In this document: positions 40,137 to 51,715 of the stretch, piece by piece
Numbering within the stretch: the first letter of the stretch is position 1
Layout: every line of letters starts with the position of its first letter
DNA from: Lama glama
Lineage: Eukaryota
DNA: 64,000 bases
Reading direction: 5' to 3'
Assembly: GCA_028534125.1 (NCBI GenBank)
Contig: CM052818.1
Coordinates: forward strand, 24,740,001 to 24,804,000
The notes under the pieces: model-generated
What the model was told of the DNA's origin: nothing
Databases searched by the model: none
Seen by the model: the letters and a program-made list of their open reading frames with translations, nothing else
Program-made: the position numbers and the translations under genes

Positions 40137-40820
40137 GATCCTATGGTAGTTCTATTTTTAATTTTTTTAAGAACCTCCGTACTGTTTTCCTTAGCAGCTG
40201 TGCCATCTTATATTGCCACCAACAGTGCAGAGGGTTCCAGTTCCCCCACCCACTCCCCAATACTTGTTTTCCAGCAATCTCATTCTTACTATATATGCAA
40301 AAAAATTAACAGAAGGATCTCAAAGAGATTGTTGCAATATGTAAACTCCCAGCAGCATTATTCACAATAGCCAAGAGGTAGATGCAAACCAAAAGTCCAC
40401 TCACAGCTGAATGAATTAAGAAGATGTGGACTATACGTAGAATGGAATATTATTCAGCCTTAAAAAGGAAGGAAATCCTGTCACATGCGACACCATGAAT
40501 GAATTTTGAGGACATTACGCTACGTGAAATAAGCCAGTTGCAAAAAGACAAATACAGGATGATTCCACTTAAGAGGCATTGACAGTCGTCAAATTCATAG
40601 AAACAGAAAGTAGAAAGGTGGTTGCCCGGGCCTGCAGGGAGAGGGGAAAGGGCAGCTATTTCATGGGTGTAGAGTTTTGGTTCTGCAAGATAAAAAAGTC
40701 TTGGTGATCAGCTTCACAACAACATGTATGTACTTAATCCTACTGAACTGTGCACTTAAAAATGATTCAGATGATCAATTTTATGCTATGTGTTTTTCAC
40801 CCCAGTAAAAAAATTTTTAA
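40137..40820 (+). mobile_element. L1MB-like element with 5' inversion (40137-40270 inverted, 40271-40820 sense)
   Basis: In L1 sense the inverted piece ends ...gaactaccataggatc and the sense piece starts cagcaatc. These are contiguous in the L1 consensus (compare 48196-48220). Confidence 0.85.
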
Positions 40821-40894
40821 ATGCCCTCAGCTCCATATGTAAGTATGATCTGCTGGGCTCTAATGTTTTGTGTGCTCACTCATAACACCTGTTT

Positions 40895-41140
40895 TCTAAA
40901 AGAGTCAAACTCAGAGAAGCAGAGAACACAAGGATGGTTGCCAAGGGCTGGGGTGATGGAGAAATGGGGAGTCACTCACTGTTCAACAAGATTAAAGCTT
41001 CAGTTGTACAAAAAAACAATTTAGGTCTGGAGATGTGCTGTTCAACACAGTGCCCATAGTGAACAATAGCATATTGTGCCCTCAAAAATTGTAAAGTGGT
41101 TAGAGGCCAGTTGAGTGTTCTTACCACAATAAAAAATAAG
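40895..41140 (+). mobile_element. L1M 3' end fragment
   Basis: agtcaaactcagagaagcagaga..ggttgccaagggctgggg..gagtgttcttaccacaataaaa. Confidence 0.8.
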
Positions 41141-41949
41141 AATAGAAATTCTCACCCTCCCTAATAATTAAAGCAATGCAAATCAGCGAAGGAGAGAGAG
41201 AACTGATCCCTAACACCAAGATACAGTTTTCTTTTTAGACAGAGAAGGCCTGATTATCCACTGCTTCCCGGCATTAGTACTGCCCCCTACAGCTGTGCAG
41301 AAAGCTAATTAGCCCAGGTAAGTCCTCTGAGCTGAAGCACAAAGGAGAATTTTCCCTCACGTTCCTGATGTTCTTTGCTCACTGGAGTTCAGCTCCTTTC
41401 CAGGATCTGGAATGCCTGAGGGGCTCTCTTCTTCCCTTTTCCCTGGGAGTAAATGGACCTTTAATCAATTTGCACCCCGTGGAGGTGAAGCACCTCTGGA
41501 AGGAACCGTGTTCCTGTGCACTCAAGAACTGTTGGAGACACCTCAGCCTTCCAAGGAGCTGGTTCAGAACAGAAGGCCGGCAGGCACTTCCTAACCCTGG
41601 AGTTCTGGGGTTACAAGCTCGGGGCCAGCGTGGGGCAAGCAGGGAAAATCCACGAGTTGGTACAGCACAGAGGCCCCTGGGTGGAGCACTGCAGTCATTT
41701 GGCTCAAAGCTGCAGAGCCTGCTCCAATGCACCAGCTGGGGGAGGACATGAGTCACACAGTAAAACTGAGCAGGGGCGCACCTCTCTGGTCCCTGTGTGC
41801 CCAGCACGTCCAGCCTGGCAGCGATCCAGCTCACGTGGGCTGGAGGGCATCCGGTTTCTCCTTCCTCCAGGTTATCACTCGATCTGCCGTGTTCTTTTCT
41901 GCAGTTATGGCAGATGCTAGAACATATGAACGGCAGCGAAACGGATCTA

Positions 41950-42450
41950 GGGAACAAGGGGGCCGAGAACCACGTACAGGTGGACATCACCAAGGACGCC
42001 ACTCCTCCTTCTGCAATGATTCCTCAGGGTCCTCACCTGTGAACTGGCGAGAATGGCGGCTGTCCTCCCCTCTTTCATTTGCAGGCTCTTAGGCTGCGCC
42101 ACTGGTGGACCCCCCCACCCCCCCACCTCCCCGGGGGCTCGGCTACCGCCTTCAGCGTCTGGGGGGGGGGGGGGAGCCCTGAGGTAACGGCGCATTAATG
42201 ACGTCAGAATTCAGAAACACGTGGGGGCCTTGTTTTGCTCACTTGATATGGTCTCCTCCCACCCCTTCCTCCTCCGCCCCCTACTTGGAAGACTGTTCTC
42301 CCTTAGTCCTCCTTCCAAGTCACATCAAGCCCCGCTCAGCCGGCCGGCAAGCTCTGTCGACCACCCAGCCCGCAGCCCGCAGCAGGGTCTCCTGGAACAC
42401 GCACTGTTCCTCCCAACCCTTCCGGGCTTATGCCTGCCCTTTAGATTTTT
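41950..42450. promoter_or_regulatory. CpG-enriched promoter/enhancer-like patch
   Basis: Locally GC- and CpG-rich. Full CRE TGACGTCA 42199-42206, E-box CACGTG 42218-42223, GC box CCGCCC 42274-42279, YY1-like AATGGCGGC 42052-42060. Confidence 0.45.
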
Positions 42451-42797
42451 TGTGTATATGTCTCATCTCTACCACTAAGTTATAAGCTCCTTAAAGTCCG
42501 AGATGATGGGGAGTACCCCATGCGTGTCCTGCCATGCCTCCAATCACGGCATTTGTCCCAAGAAAATTACCAGAGGCACCCGGGATTGATGCGTGGCAAC
42601 CAAAACGCAACAGTAATAACCACTCCAAAAGTTCACGTCCTCCCAGCAGGGTCTGAAAGAGCAGTGACAGTCTGTCCTCCCCCGACTTATCACGGTCGCC
42701 TGCTCCCTAATTCTCTCCATCCTGGGACCCAAACCCCCAGAAAAGGCAGTTCTCTTCCCTAGTTCTCCAAAGACTCTGGTGATTGCTGGACCAGGTT

Positions 42798-42823
42798 GGG
42801 GGTGGGGTGGGGTGGGGTGGGGG
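42798..42823 (+). other. G-quadruplex-forming (GGGGT)n tract
   Basis: gggggtggggtggggtggggtggggg: five runs of at least 4 G with 1-nt loops. Confidence 0.7.
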
Positions 42824-43624
42824 TTGCTAAAACATCCCACAGGTGGTACTTTTATGGCAAAATTCCAGACTGCCTCCACTTTCCTCAGAAACAAGCACAA
42901 TAGCCTCAAAAATTCTCAAAATCAACAAAACGCTGTATTCTAGGGGGAATTCTGAACCGAAATGAGTCAGGATGGTGGAATTCCAGACAAACGGGGAATC
43001 ACTGACCAGGAAGAAGACCCCTCAGAAACAGGGGACACTGATGTGAAAGGTGCTGGGGCCCAGGGGCAGGCAGAGGAGATGGCAGGGTGGGCCCAGGAGG
43101 GGCAGGCTTCCCTGCTGCTGTCTCCAGTGACCCACTCCCCGGGGCTCAGTCCCTGTCTCCTCACTGATGTTTGTCATTTATTTAAAAACAGAAAGGCTTT
43201 TGTTCTTCAATCAGAGATCATGTTTAAACTGCAAATACCCCCAGTGTTTAAACTGACATCAGGATGTAAATGGTTTGTGTCAGATCCCTTCCTTAATACT
43301 GGCTTTGACAGCAGAACAATAAAAGGAGACTCACTAAATGAAGAGAACAGAAAAGGAACAACAGGGGCCAACAATGAATTGTATCTCTTTGTGTAGCCCT
43401 GATCACATCTGCTCTAGAATAATCATAAATCAACAGAATCAAAAATAGCAATTTACTCTTGTAGAATGGGTTGTAATCGACAAAATCCCTTCATCGCAGT
43501 GCCTAAGTTGTTTTCCAGAACAATTCTGTGAATTGTTCCCTCTTGACTGGTAAAGAAAACCAGTCTCATGGAGGCAAAGTGGGACCTCAAGATATAACAC
43601 ATAGAATCAGGTCTCTAAGCTTGG

Positions 43625-43800
43625 TCATACGCCCATGTGTTCAGCAAAGAATTATGAAGGACCTACTCTAGGCCAGATGTATGCCGGTGCTGGGGATAAA
43701 ATGAAGGGAAAATCGCACACATACTGTCCTTATGGACCTTGGGGCTATTTAAGGGGACAAGTGCTAATCAACTAGCAGCAGACATAAACGTAGTCTTAAC
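43625..43800 (-). mobile_element. L2 3' end fragment
   Basis: ttcagcaaagaattatgaaggacctact..ggtgctggggataaaa..ctgtccttatggacctt. Confidence 0.55.
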
Positions 43801-44439
43801 AGCTGGGATAGGAGGAATGCCAGTGATAATAGGAGAATAGACCTAGAGCCAGCATTCCAGAAACTCCGAGAAAGCCAGCAGGGCAGCAGGCAGAGAGCAA
43901 GGGTGTGGACAGTGCAGATAGGTTGGGAAGGTCGCCGAGAGCTGGGTGGTGCACAGCCTGGTTTGCAATGGCTTCTGCTAAGTCCACTGTCTTTCTGCTA
44001 AGAACAGTAAGTGCCACGATGTTTTAAGCAGAAAGATGTTTCTGAGAAGTATCTGTCTTTGGCCAGTGGTATCATGGTCCCACTTGGAAACATTTTGAAC
44101 TGAACTAAAGTAAGGGAGCCACAGCCCCACCCCTTGCCGAAGCCATCCAAACCTGAGGACTCTTCACTTGTCACAAGGCCATGATGCCTTCCTATTTCCG
44201 TCCAACCAAACATCTCTAGCAAGCCCACCGTGCAAGGTTCTGTGCTGGACACCACTACCAACAACAATGTCTCAGACCCAGACTCTGCCCTAAGAAAGGA
44301 GTCATGCAGACAGAGAACCGGAGAACAAAGTAGGGAATAATGACCACCTCCTGGTAAAGGGACAGGAAATAATCACAGAATGACTGCGCTGCAATCTTTC
44401 CTCAAGCTCCTGAACACTTGGGTTTCACTGTTTTCTGAG

Positions 44440-45310
44440 ATTTATTATAGCAGAGAAGTCAGAGTCTGTGCTGATTCATTCTGTTTTACGCCGTCTCTCA
44501 TTTCACTTTTCTAGACACATGTAAGTTTATTCCTGCACCTTTTTAATTCAAACTTTGACTCTGAGTCAGGTCACTTTTCAGTGATTTTGCTGAAAATATA
44601 GATTGTTTTCAAGCAGCCTAGGTGAATCTTTTTTCAACTCAGGAAAGTTTTTAGGCTTAAATACATTGTTAGTTAATGCGTCTATTTGGAATGCTCTGGT
44701 ACATCCTTGGGATCATATAAAATGATTAAGCTGGTTCTCTGTTCTCCACTATAATTATCCCTGGGTGTGTCTATACATCTATATATACATACACACATAT
44801 ATGCACATACACTGAGATACACACATGTCGGATGCACAAGTACGTATCATCTGAAATGTGTATGAACAGAATAGCATCTTGTCTTTCATCTTTGTTCTCT
44901 CCTTGTCCTTTTCTTCTGAATTCTGAGCTACTCCGCCTTCCACATCACTGATTTGATGTCCTGTAATGTCCTTTCTTCTCATTACTGCCATTAATGAGAA
45001 CTTAAATTCTACTTCATTTTTTATTTTTTTTCACCTTTCTTATTACAGCGGTTGCCTTGACTACATCTTTGGTTGTTCCTTCCTTATGGTTTTCTGCTTT
45101 TGTTTCATAGATACCATGTCTTCTGGCTTTTTTATGGAGGCAGCTAAATAATTATTAAATTTTCCCAAATGGTCCCTATAGTAAATAATTTTAATAAGTC
45201 TGTTCCTCCTCTGAATTTTCAGGATGATGTATCTTCTCACTTATTTTGTAGAAAGATCTGTCTCAGAGGAAACATATGCTTGTTGGGTTTTTTGTGATTT
45301 TTATTAAAAA
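44440..45310 (-). mobile_element. Ancient HAL1/L1ME-like fragment
   Basis: T-rich antisense ORF1-like sequence (caactcaggaaagttttt..ttttcttctgaattctgag..catcactgatttg). Boundaries approximate. Confidence 0.5.
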
Positions 45311-47015
45311 TCAAATGAGGAACTATCTATCCAGGACTGCATTTGCCAAGAGACAAGGAGTATGAAATGCCCTTGTCCCAACTCTCTGTTCCATTTAGAC
45401 CTTGTTTAAAATCCTCAAGTTCATAGGTTGTTGTGTGCAATTCTGACCCGTTTCCGGTCTTGAATGGACCTTCCTCAAGAGCAGCTCTGCCAGGCTTCCA
45501 TGACATCTTTCCCAGCTCTGACTGGCTGCTTTCCTGGTGTGTTAAACAGATGGAGTAAATAAAGACCTCTCTGGGCACCTGCCTTCAGCCCATTGCTCAT
45601 GGGGTCAACACCAAGGAGGGTATTGTAAACCCCGTGAGTTTTCCCACCACCACCACTTCCTGCCTGTGGAGGTCCCAATCTCTGAATGTAAGTGTAATAA
45701 TGAAAGCAAGAGAGATTACACTGTGGCAACATTAAATTAATTAATGCATCAGCCACACAGTAATGGAGATGTACACACAGTTCTCTGGATGATAACAATC
45801 CTGCATTTCACATGTGGATAGCCCAGTGGAGTGGTTACAAAGGGTGCTCTCTACCTACTCTTAGGAAGGCAATCATAATTCATTTCTAAGCACAGGTGGG
45901 CTACTGGTGGTGTTTTTCAACCTAGTTCTTCAGCTGTGTAGTTTGTGGAGATTTCTCTCAAGTCTGGGCAATGGGCTATCCATCATATTCCCCATATATT
46001 TTTAGTGCCTTCCAGGGAATTTTATGCAGAAGCTGAGAGAGGTTATGTAGAGATTATTTAAATCCCACTCACTACATGTTTTTTATAGAAGTTTCTTCTC
46101 TTTAGAATCAGGACTCAATTGCAAGAATGAACTCCAAAGCTAAGAATATGGCAGGATAGGGAATATGCAGACTGGAAAAAAATCAGTCCAGCCCTCCCAG
46201 GTCTGCACACCCTCATCATTTGTCAAATGGAGAAACAGTAATGCAAGAAGATTAACTTTAACCCTCCAGTGTGTGTCCTGCCCGCCCTTGAGAGAAATAC
46301 TTCTGGGAGCACCAGACTATGATCTCTGCCTGGAACCTGCTTGGTAATCAAACCCAAAATAAAAGCAAATATAAATGTAAAGGTTCAAGTGTGAGCTAAG
46401 ATCTCTAGACCCTGGGTCTAGCTCTGTCCCTACCCGGCTGAAGGACTTTGGGGAAATTCCTTGACTCCGAGCCTTGGAGTCACTCATGCACTACAATTGG
46501 TGGTTCCCAAGTAGAAGAGATGTTACTAGGAGGAGGCACCACACACATGAGGAGCGTGGAGGCAGATGAAGGACTGACAACCCCAAGACCTCTGCCCTAA
46601 GGGGCAGCCATGTCTAAAATCTTGTGGTTTTATGAAAGCCAATATACTAAATGAGAAGTGGTGTTCCTGGGTGATGTTTGCTCCCACATCCTGAAAGCCC
46701 GTAACTTCCCTGAACTGTCAGGAAATGCTCTTGCCAAGACTTTGGGAATGGCTTAGCCCTAGGCTGCTTTAGGGCTGGTGTGTGCCTTCCAAATGGTAAT
46801 GCTCCTGAAACTGCCAAACCAGCTGTGCTGGAGTCAAACAATGACAAACAATAAATGTAAAACCCATTAAACCAAAGCAGGCACAAAGTAGTTTAGGCAA
46901 ATGTGTGTTGCACAAAAGAGGTAGTGTTACTTTATTTTTTTCTTTCTTTCCTTCCAGCCGAATGGGCAAGGGGAGAGAAAATCTAGAGCACCTGTTTCAA
47001 CCTGAAAGTGGGAAA

Positions 47016-47033
47016 TGGCGCCCTCTAATGGTG
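47016..47033 (-). promoter_or_regulatory. CTCF-like motif
   Basis: Minus strand reads CACCATTAGAGGGCGCCA. Confidence 0.55.
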
Positions 47034-47129
47034 CCTTTACTGTGGCTCCTGTAAGACAAGGCTACAGGGCTATGCATTCATATAGACCACAATGTGAATG
47101 GCGTTCTCTGCATTATGTACTGCACATCC

Positions 47130-47510
47130 TAGGCAACCACACACAACAACTCTTGTACCTACACATGTGAACCTCAGTATGGACACAGCCAACATATCCA
47201 CATACACATATCCGTGCACGTGCCCTAAACATGCAGAAATACCCAGGTACATACACACACAGTACACACAACAAATAGACCCACACATAAACACAAATGC
47301 ACGCGTGCAAATACCAGCACATCAAACAGCACACGTACAATACCTATGGTCCTAACAGACACATATTCACATACATAAAAGTGTATGTGCTTCCACACTT
47401 GTTACATGCATGCATGTGTTCAAACATACACAGTGACAATAAGCATACACAAGCACATAGATACAAACATACACATGAAGCTATGCCTCTGTACGTACGT
47501 CCACACACTG
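47130..47510. repeat. Degenerate CA/TG-rich low-complexity tract
   Basis: Dense cacaca/acatac motifs. These generate spurious C/V- and H/T-rich ORFs. Confidence 0.8.
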
Positions 47511-47544
47511 ACTCCATGATAAATTATAATTAATCAGTGAGAAC

Positions 47545-47750
47545 AATCATAACTCTATTGAGCATTTTTTATGTGCCAGGTAACTGTTTAGAAATGTTTG
47601 ATGTGCATGAACTCATTTAAACCTCAAAAAATTCAATGAGATCTTATTTTTAATCCCCATTTTACATGAGCAAACTGCAGCAAAGGAGGGTTTAATAACT
47701 TGCCTCTGGTCATAGAGCAAACACGGACTGGAAGCATGATTTGAATAAGG
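47545..47750 (-). mobile_element. MIR SINE
   Basis: tattgagcatttt..atgtgccagg..aactcatttaaacctca..ccccattttacatgagcaaactg. Confidence 0.8.
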
Positions 47751-48076
47751 GTCCGTATCACTGCTATAGGAAGGCTAATTAATTCTAAGGTGTTCGGGAG
47801 CATTTCCGTGTGAGAGAAGCGTATCATCTTAGGAGGAAAGTGGCACGTGGTCATGTCTAAGGCAACAAAGCTTGACTGCAGTGGCCTCTCACCAGCCCTT
47901 TCAAAATGTTCTTTTCCTTTCCTGATGCCTTCTCTGTGTCCATGTTCTCCCTTCCCATGTTCACCTCTGCCCTCCTACACACATGCATGCACACACACAC
48001 TCATTTGAGCAATCTTCCAGATATCCACACTCACATTATGGGTAGTTATAATTTTATCTAACATTTATAGTGTGTC

Positions 48077-48870
48077 GATAAATGCTGGAGAGGGTGTGGA
48101 GAAAAGGGAACCCTCCTACACTGCTGGTGGCAATGTAGTTTGGTGCAGCCTTTATGGAAAGTAGTATGGAGATTCCTCAAAAAGCTAAAAATAGACTTAC
48201 CATATGATCCAGCAATCCCACTCCTGGGCATACATCCAGAGAGAACCCTAGTCTGAAAAGATACATGCACCCCAATGTTCACAGCAGCACTATTTACAAC
48301 AGCCAAGTCATAGAAGCAACCTAAATGTCCATTGACAGATGAATGGATAAAGGCAATGTGGTATATATATACAATGGAATACTACTCAGCCATAAAAAAG
48401 AAAGAAAGAATGCCACTTGCAGCAACATGGATGGACCTGAAGATCATCATTCTAAGTGAAGTAAGCCAGAAAGAGAAAGAAAAATACCATATGATGTCAC
48501 TTATATGTGGAATGTAAAAAAAAAAAGACACAAATGAACTTATTTACAAAACAGAAACAGACTCACAGACATAGAAAACAATCTATGTTTTAGAAACCAG
48601 CGGGGAAATGGGGTGGGAAGGAATAAATTGGGAGTTTGAGATTTGCAGATACTAACTATCATATATAAAATAGATAAACAATAAGTTTCTACTGTATAGC
48701 ACAGGGAACCATATTCAATATCTTATACTAATCTATAATGAAATGAAATGGAATATGAAAAGGAATATATGTATGTGTATTTATATATATATGACTGAAA
48801 CATTATGTTGTACACCAGAAATTGACACACTGTAAACTGACTATACTTCAATTAAAAATAAATAAATAAA
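48077..48870 (+). mobile_element. Young camelid-type L1, 5'-truncated (ORF2 C-terminus plus 3' UTR), inserted into a MIR
   Basis: ORF 48332-48517 reads [56 protein letters not shown], the L1 ORF2 C-terminus. A-rich tail. Degenerate TSD atagtgtgtc/acagagcgtc. MIR sequence resumes at 48880-49080. Confidence 0.95.
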
Positions 48871-50724
48871 ACAGAGCGTCTGCTATATAGAAGATGCTTT
48901 CCCTATATTTCTGTATTGTTTAATTCTCATAGCGTCCCCAAAAGGTATTTAGGATTGTTCCCATTTTATAAGAAGAAACTAAAGCTCAGAGAGAAAGACA
49001 TTTGCTCAAGGAATCTCAACTGGTAACTGGTACAGCAGGACCGAAAAACCAGGCATTCTGGCTCCAAAGCTCCCACTCTCTTCCCCATGTCTCCCTACTT
49101 CTCTCTTTTCATCCCATAAAAATTCCTACCATTTCCCTGCACAGATCACAGAAATTGTGGAAGACAAAATCTAGTGAGCCAAAAGATTTTAAGATTTTTG
49201 AACTATAATTGCTGGATTCAGTTGTAAATGATAAAAATCATTGTGACACAATTATTGAAGACCTAGGGTCTAGGCAGAGCCCAACTTCCAAAAGAGCACA
49301 GCAATCTGCCCCCCTGCCCCGTCTCCCCCACTCCGTGGAATTTCTATCTCTGCCACCATCAGGAACCTGGAATTTGAATGATGCTATTCCAGCTGCTGGC
49401 TCCTGGGTCACACCATGCCCACCAGGATCTGGGCATCAGGAGGCTGCTTTAGAATGGTGGGTCCCAGAGCAATGCCTGCTAGACTCTCATCAACAACAGA
49501 GATGCCCCCTGCACCACCCCCCTTGTCCCTTCTGAGCTGGTTTCTGAATTCATGTCTCCTTTAAGTGCACCCAGCTCATGCAACCCAAATCCTATCCAAA
49601 TCCCCCCTGCAAGGAGGACTGGGAGAGACAGCTGGTAGTTTTCCAGCTGCAGTACAACAAGGCACACAAGGAAGATGGAAGCAGGTGTTGAGAGACGTAG
49701 TTCCCACCCCATCACTTTTAAGAGAAAAGAAGTGAATCTTGAAAAGAGAGGTTTTGGCAAGTGTATTATATTCACGTTAGGGAGCCTCTCCATCACACAG
49801 CAAATAGCCCATCCAGGAAAGCACCTGCTCTGTCCAATGGTAAAGCCAATTTTCGGTGCTGAAGAAATAACGTTGTTCTGAGAACTTTTAAATATTTCAC
49901 TGATGACAAGGAGGACCTTCAAAGATTGCTGTCCATTAAAGGTAGGACCAGAGCAGGGGATGACGGGCTGACCTCCCAGTCTCAAACTTTGAGAGCATCT
50001 TTCCCAACACTGAAAGAGGACAGACAGGTGCTGACTTGCCCCTCAGCCGGTCATCAGCGGTAAAGCACTTCCCAAGAGCTGTCATTTACTGGCCTCTCGC
50101 CGTGTGGACCCCGCCCAACCCTTGGCATTTCCATTCGGCACAATGAGGACTTGGCAGGGAGAGAAGCCATTCCAGTCCAGCCCAGGCGAAATGAAACACT
50201 TCTCTCTCCCAATTCTGAGGCCAAAAAAGTAAAAAGGGTTGCAATGATTCCTTTCTTCAAAAATCACCTTTTTTGAATCAGTCTGTGTTAGCCTGACTTC
50301 GTGGCAGATGGGCTGCAAGCCAGATGTGACAAGTCAAAGGAACCCAACAGTCACTTGAAAGAAACAATAAATTTTTTTAAAAAATATTTTTGAATACCTT
50401 CCATGGACCAGACACCATTCCAGGCAGCCTCTATTTTACTTGATAAATCCTCACACCAAATCTATCAAACATTTTTCACTCCCTCCATTTTGCACTGGGG
50501 AGAACAAGGAAAAATTAAGTCATTTGCTTCAAGCACGCAGCTATGCTGCTGTGGAACTGGGATTTGCACCTAAATCTCTAATTCCATAGCTCTTGTGGCT
50601 CCTATTTTATGGGTATTTCTCAGCCCTTTTTAGCCATATCCCACCCCAAAACTTTGCCGAACATTCCTTTCAGTAGCTTTTATCATAAACACAAATAGAC
50701 ACTCTTTTCCTTTTCCAAATACGA

Positions 50725-50920
50725 TTTTTTAAATTTTTTTAAGAAAGTGCAGTTGATTTACAACGTTAGTTTCAGGTGGACAACAACGTGATTCAGTTAT
50801 ACATATACATATATAGGTATTTTTTCTTTTCAGGTTCTTTTCCACTATAGGCCATCACAAGACATTGATTATAGTTGCCTGAGCTATCCGTGTTTTTCTG
50901 TTTGTTTATCTATTATATTT
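50725..50920 (-). mobile_element. Artiodactyl-type L1 3' end
   Basis: gcagttgatttacaacgttagtttcaggtggacaac..gattcagttatacata..caagacattgattatagtt. Confidence 0.8.
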
Positions 50921-51519
50921 CAGGTCCAAATACAGAATTACAGTAGATCCTATCTAGTCTACTCTTTCAAAGTGCACATGCATCCCAGCTTCTCCAAGGG
51001 TTATAATGCTACACCACTTCCCTCACCATTGCTTTGCTCCTTAAAGGATTAAAATAACATCAACCCAAGAAAAACAATTGAAAAGGAAATTGAGGCAATT
51101 CCTAAACAATGTCAAGAGTCATTAGGTTTGTAAACACGATCACCTTGGAATAAGGTATCTCAAATTCAAGCTTGGATCTCTTGGGAGTTGGAGTATTCAT
51201 TTATACATTTGAGATATTCCACCTACTTTAAAGAGTTATGAAGACGAATTACAAATTATATGCTACGCAAAATGCTATATAAGCTGAAAGTCTGCACCAA
51301 AGAAGATAAAGCACTCTTTTTGCATAAGACATCTGTAACTAAACTGGCTCCTGCGACTTGAATACATCAATACTCATATTAAAAGCAATTGCTTTATTCC
51401 TTAGGTACAGGTGAGCATAATATTCTGAGAGGAATTTGTCTCAGAAGTCTATGGACATCAATTTCTGGAGAATGGAGATTTTTGTTTTGGACCCAGGAAG
51501 TACGGCCTACTAGGAAAAA

Positions 51520-51715
51520 AAAAAGGTACTTGTTTTAGAATCAGAAATCCTGAATCTGAACCCAGTTCCTCCACACACTAATTGAGCAACATTAAATAAC
51601 TTGCTCTTCTTGAACCCCATTTCCTCATATGGAAAATAATGAGTTTACCTACATCACAGGCTTATGGTAAAAATCATGTGAGTTGCAGTACACAAAAGTT
51701 CTATACATGCATAGT
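51520..51715 (+). mobile_element. MIR SINE
   Basis: ttagaatcagaaatcctgaatctgaacccagttc..cccatttcctcatatggaaaat..cctacatcacagg. Confidence 0.7.

Noticed and set aside
41368..42092. Overlapping 120-207 aa ORFs on both strands
   Set aside because: Expected in GC-rich sequence; most use non-ATG starts and none resembles a protein I recognise.
47070..47533. Cys/Val-rich and His/Thr-rich ORFs
   Set aside because: Translations of a CA/TG low-complexity tract; the same applies around 60800.
49479..49985. 168-aa hydrophobic minus-strand ORF
   Set aside because: Non-ATG start, no recognisable family and no convincing splice sites.
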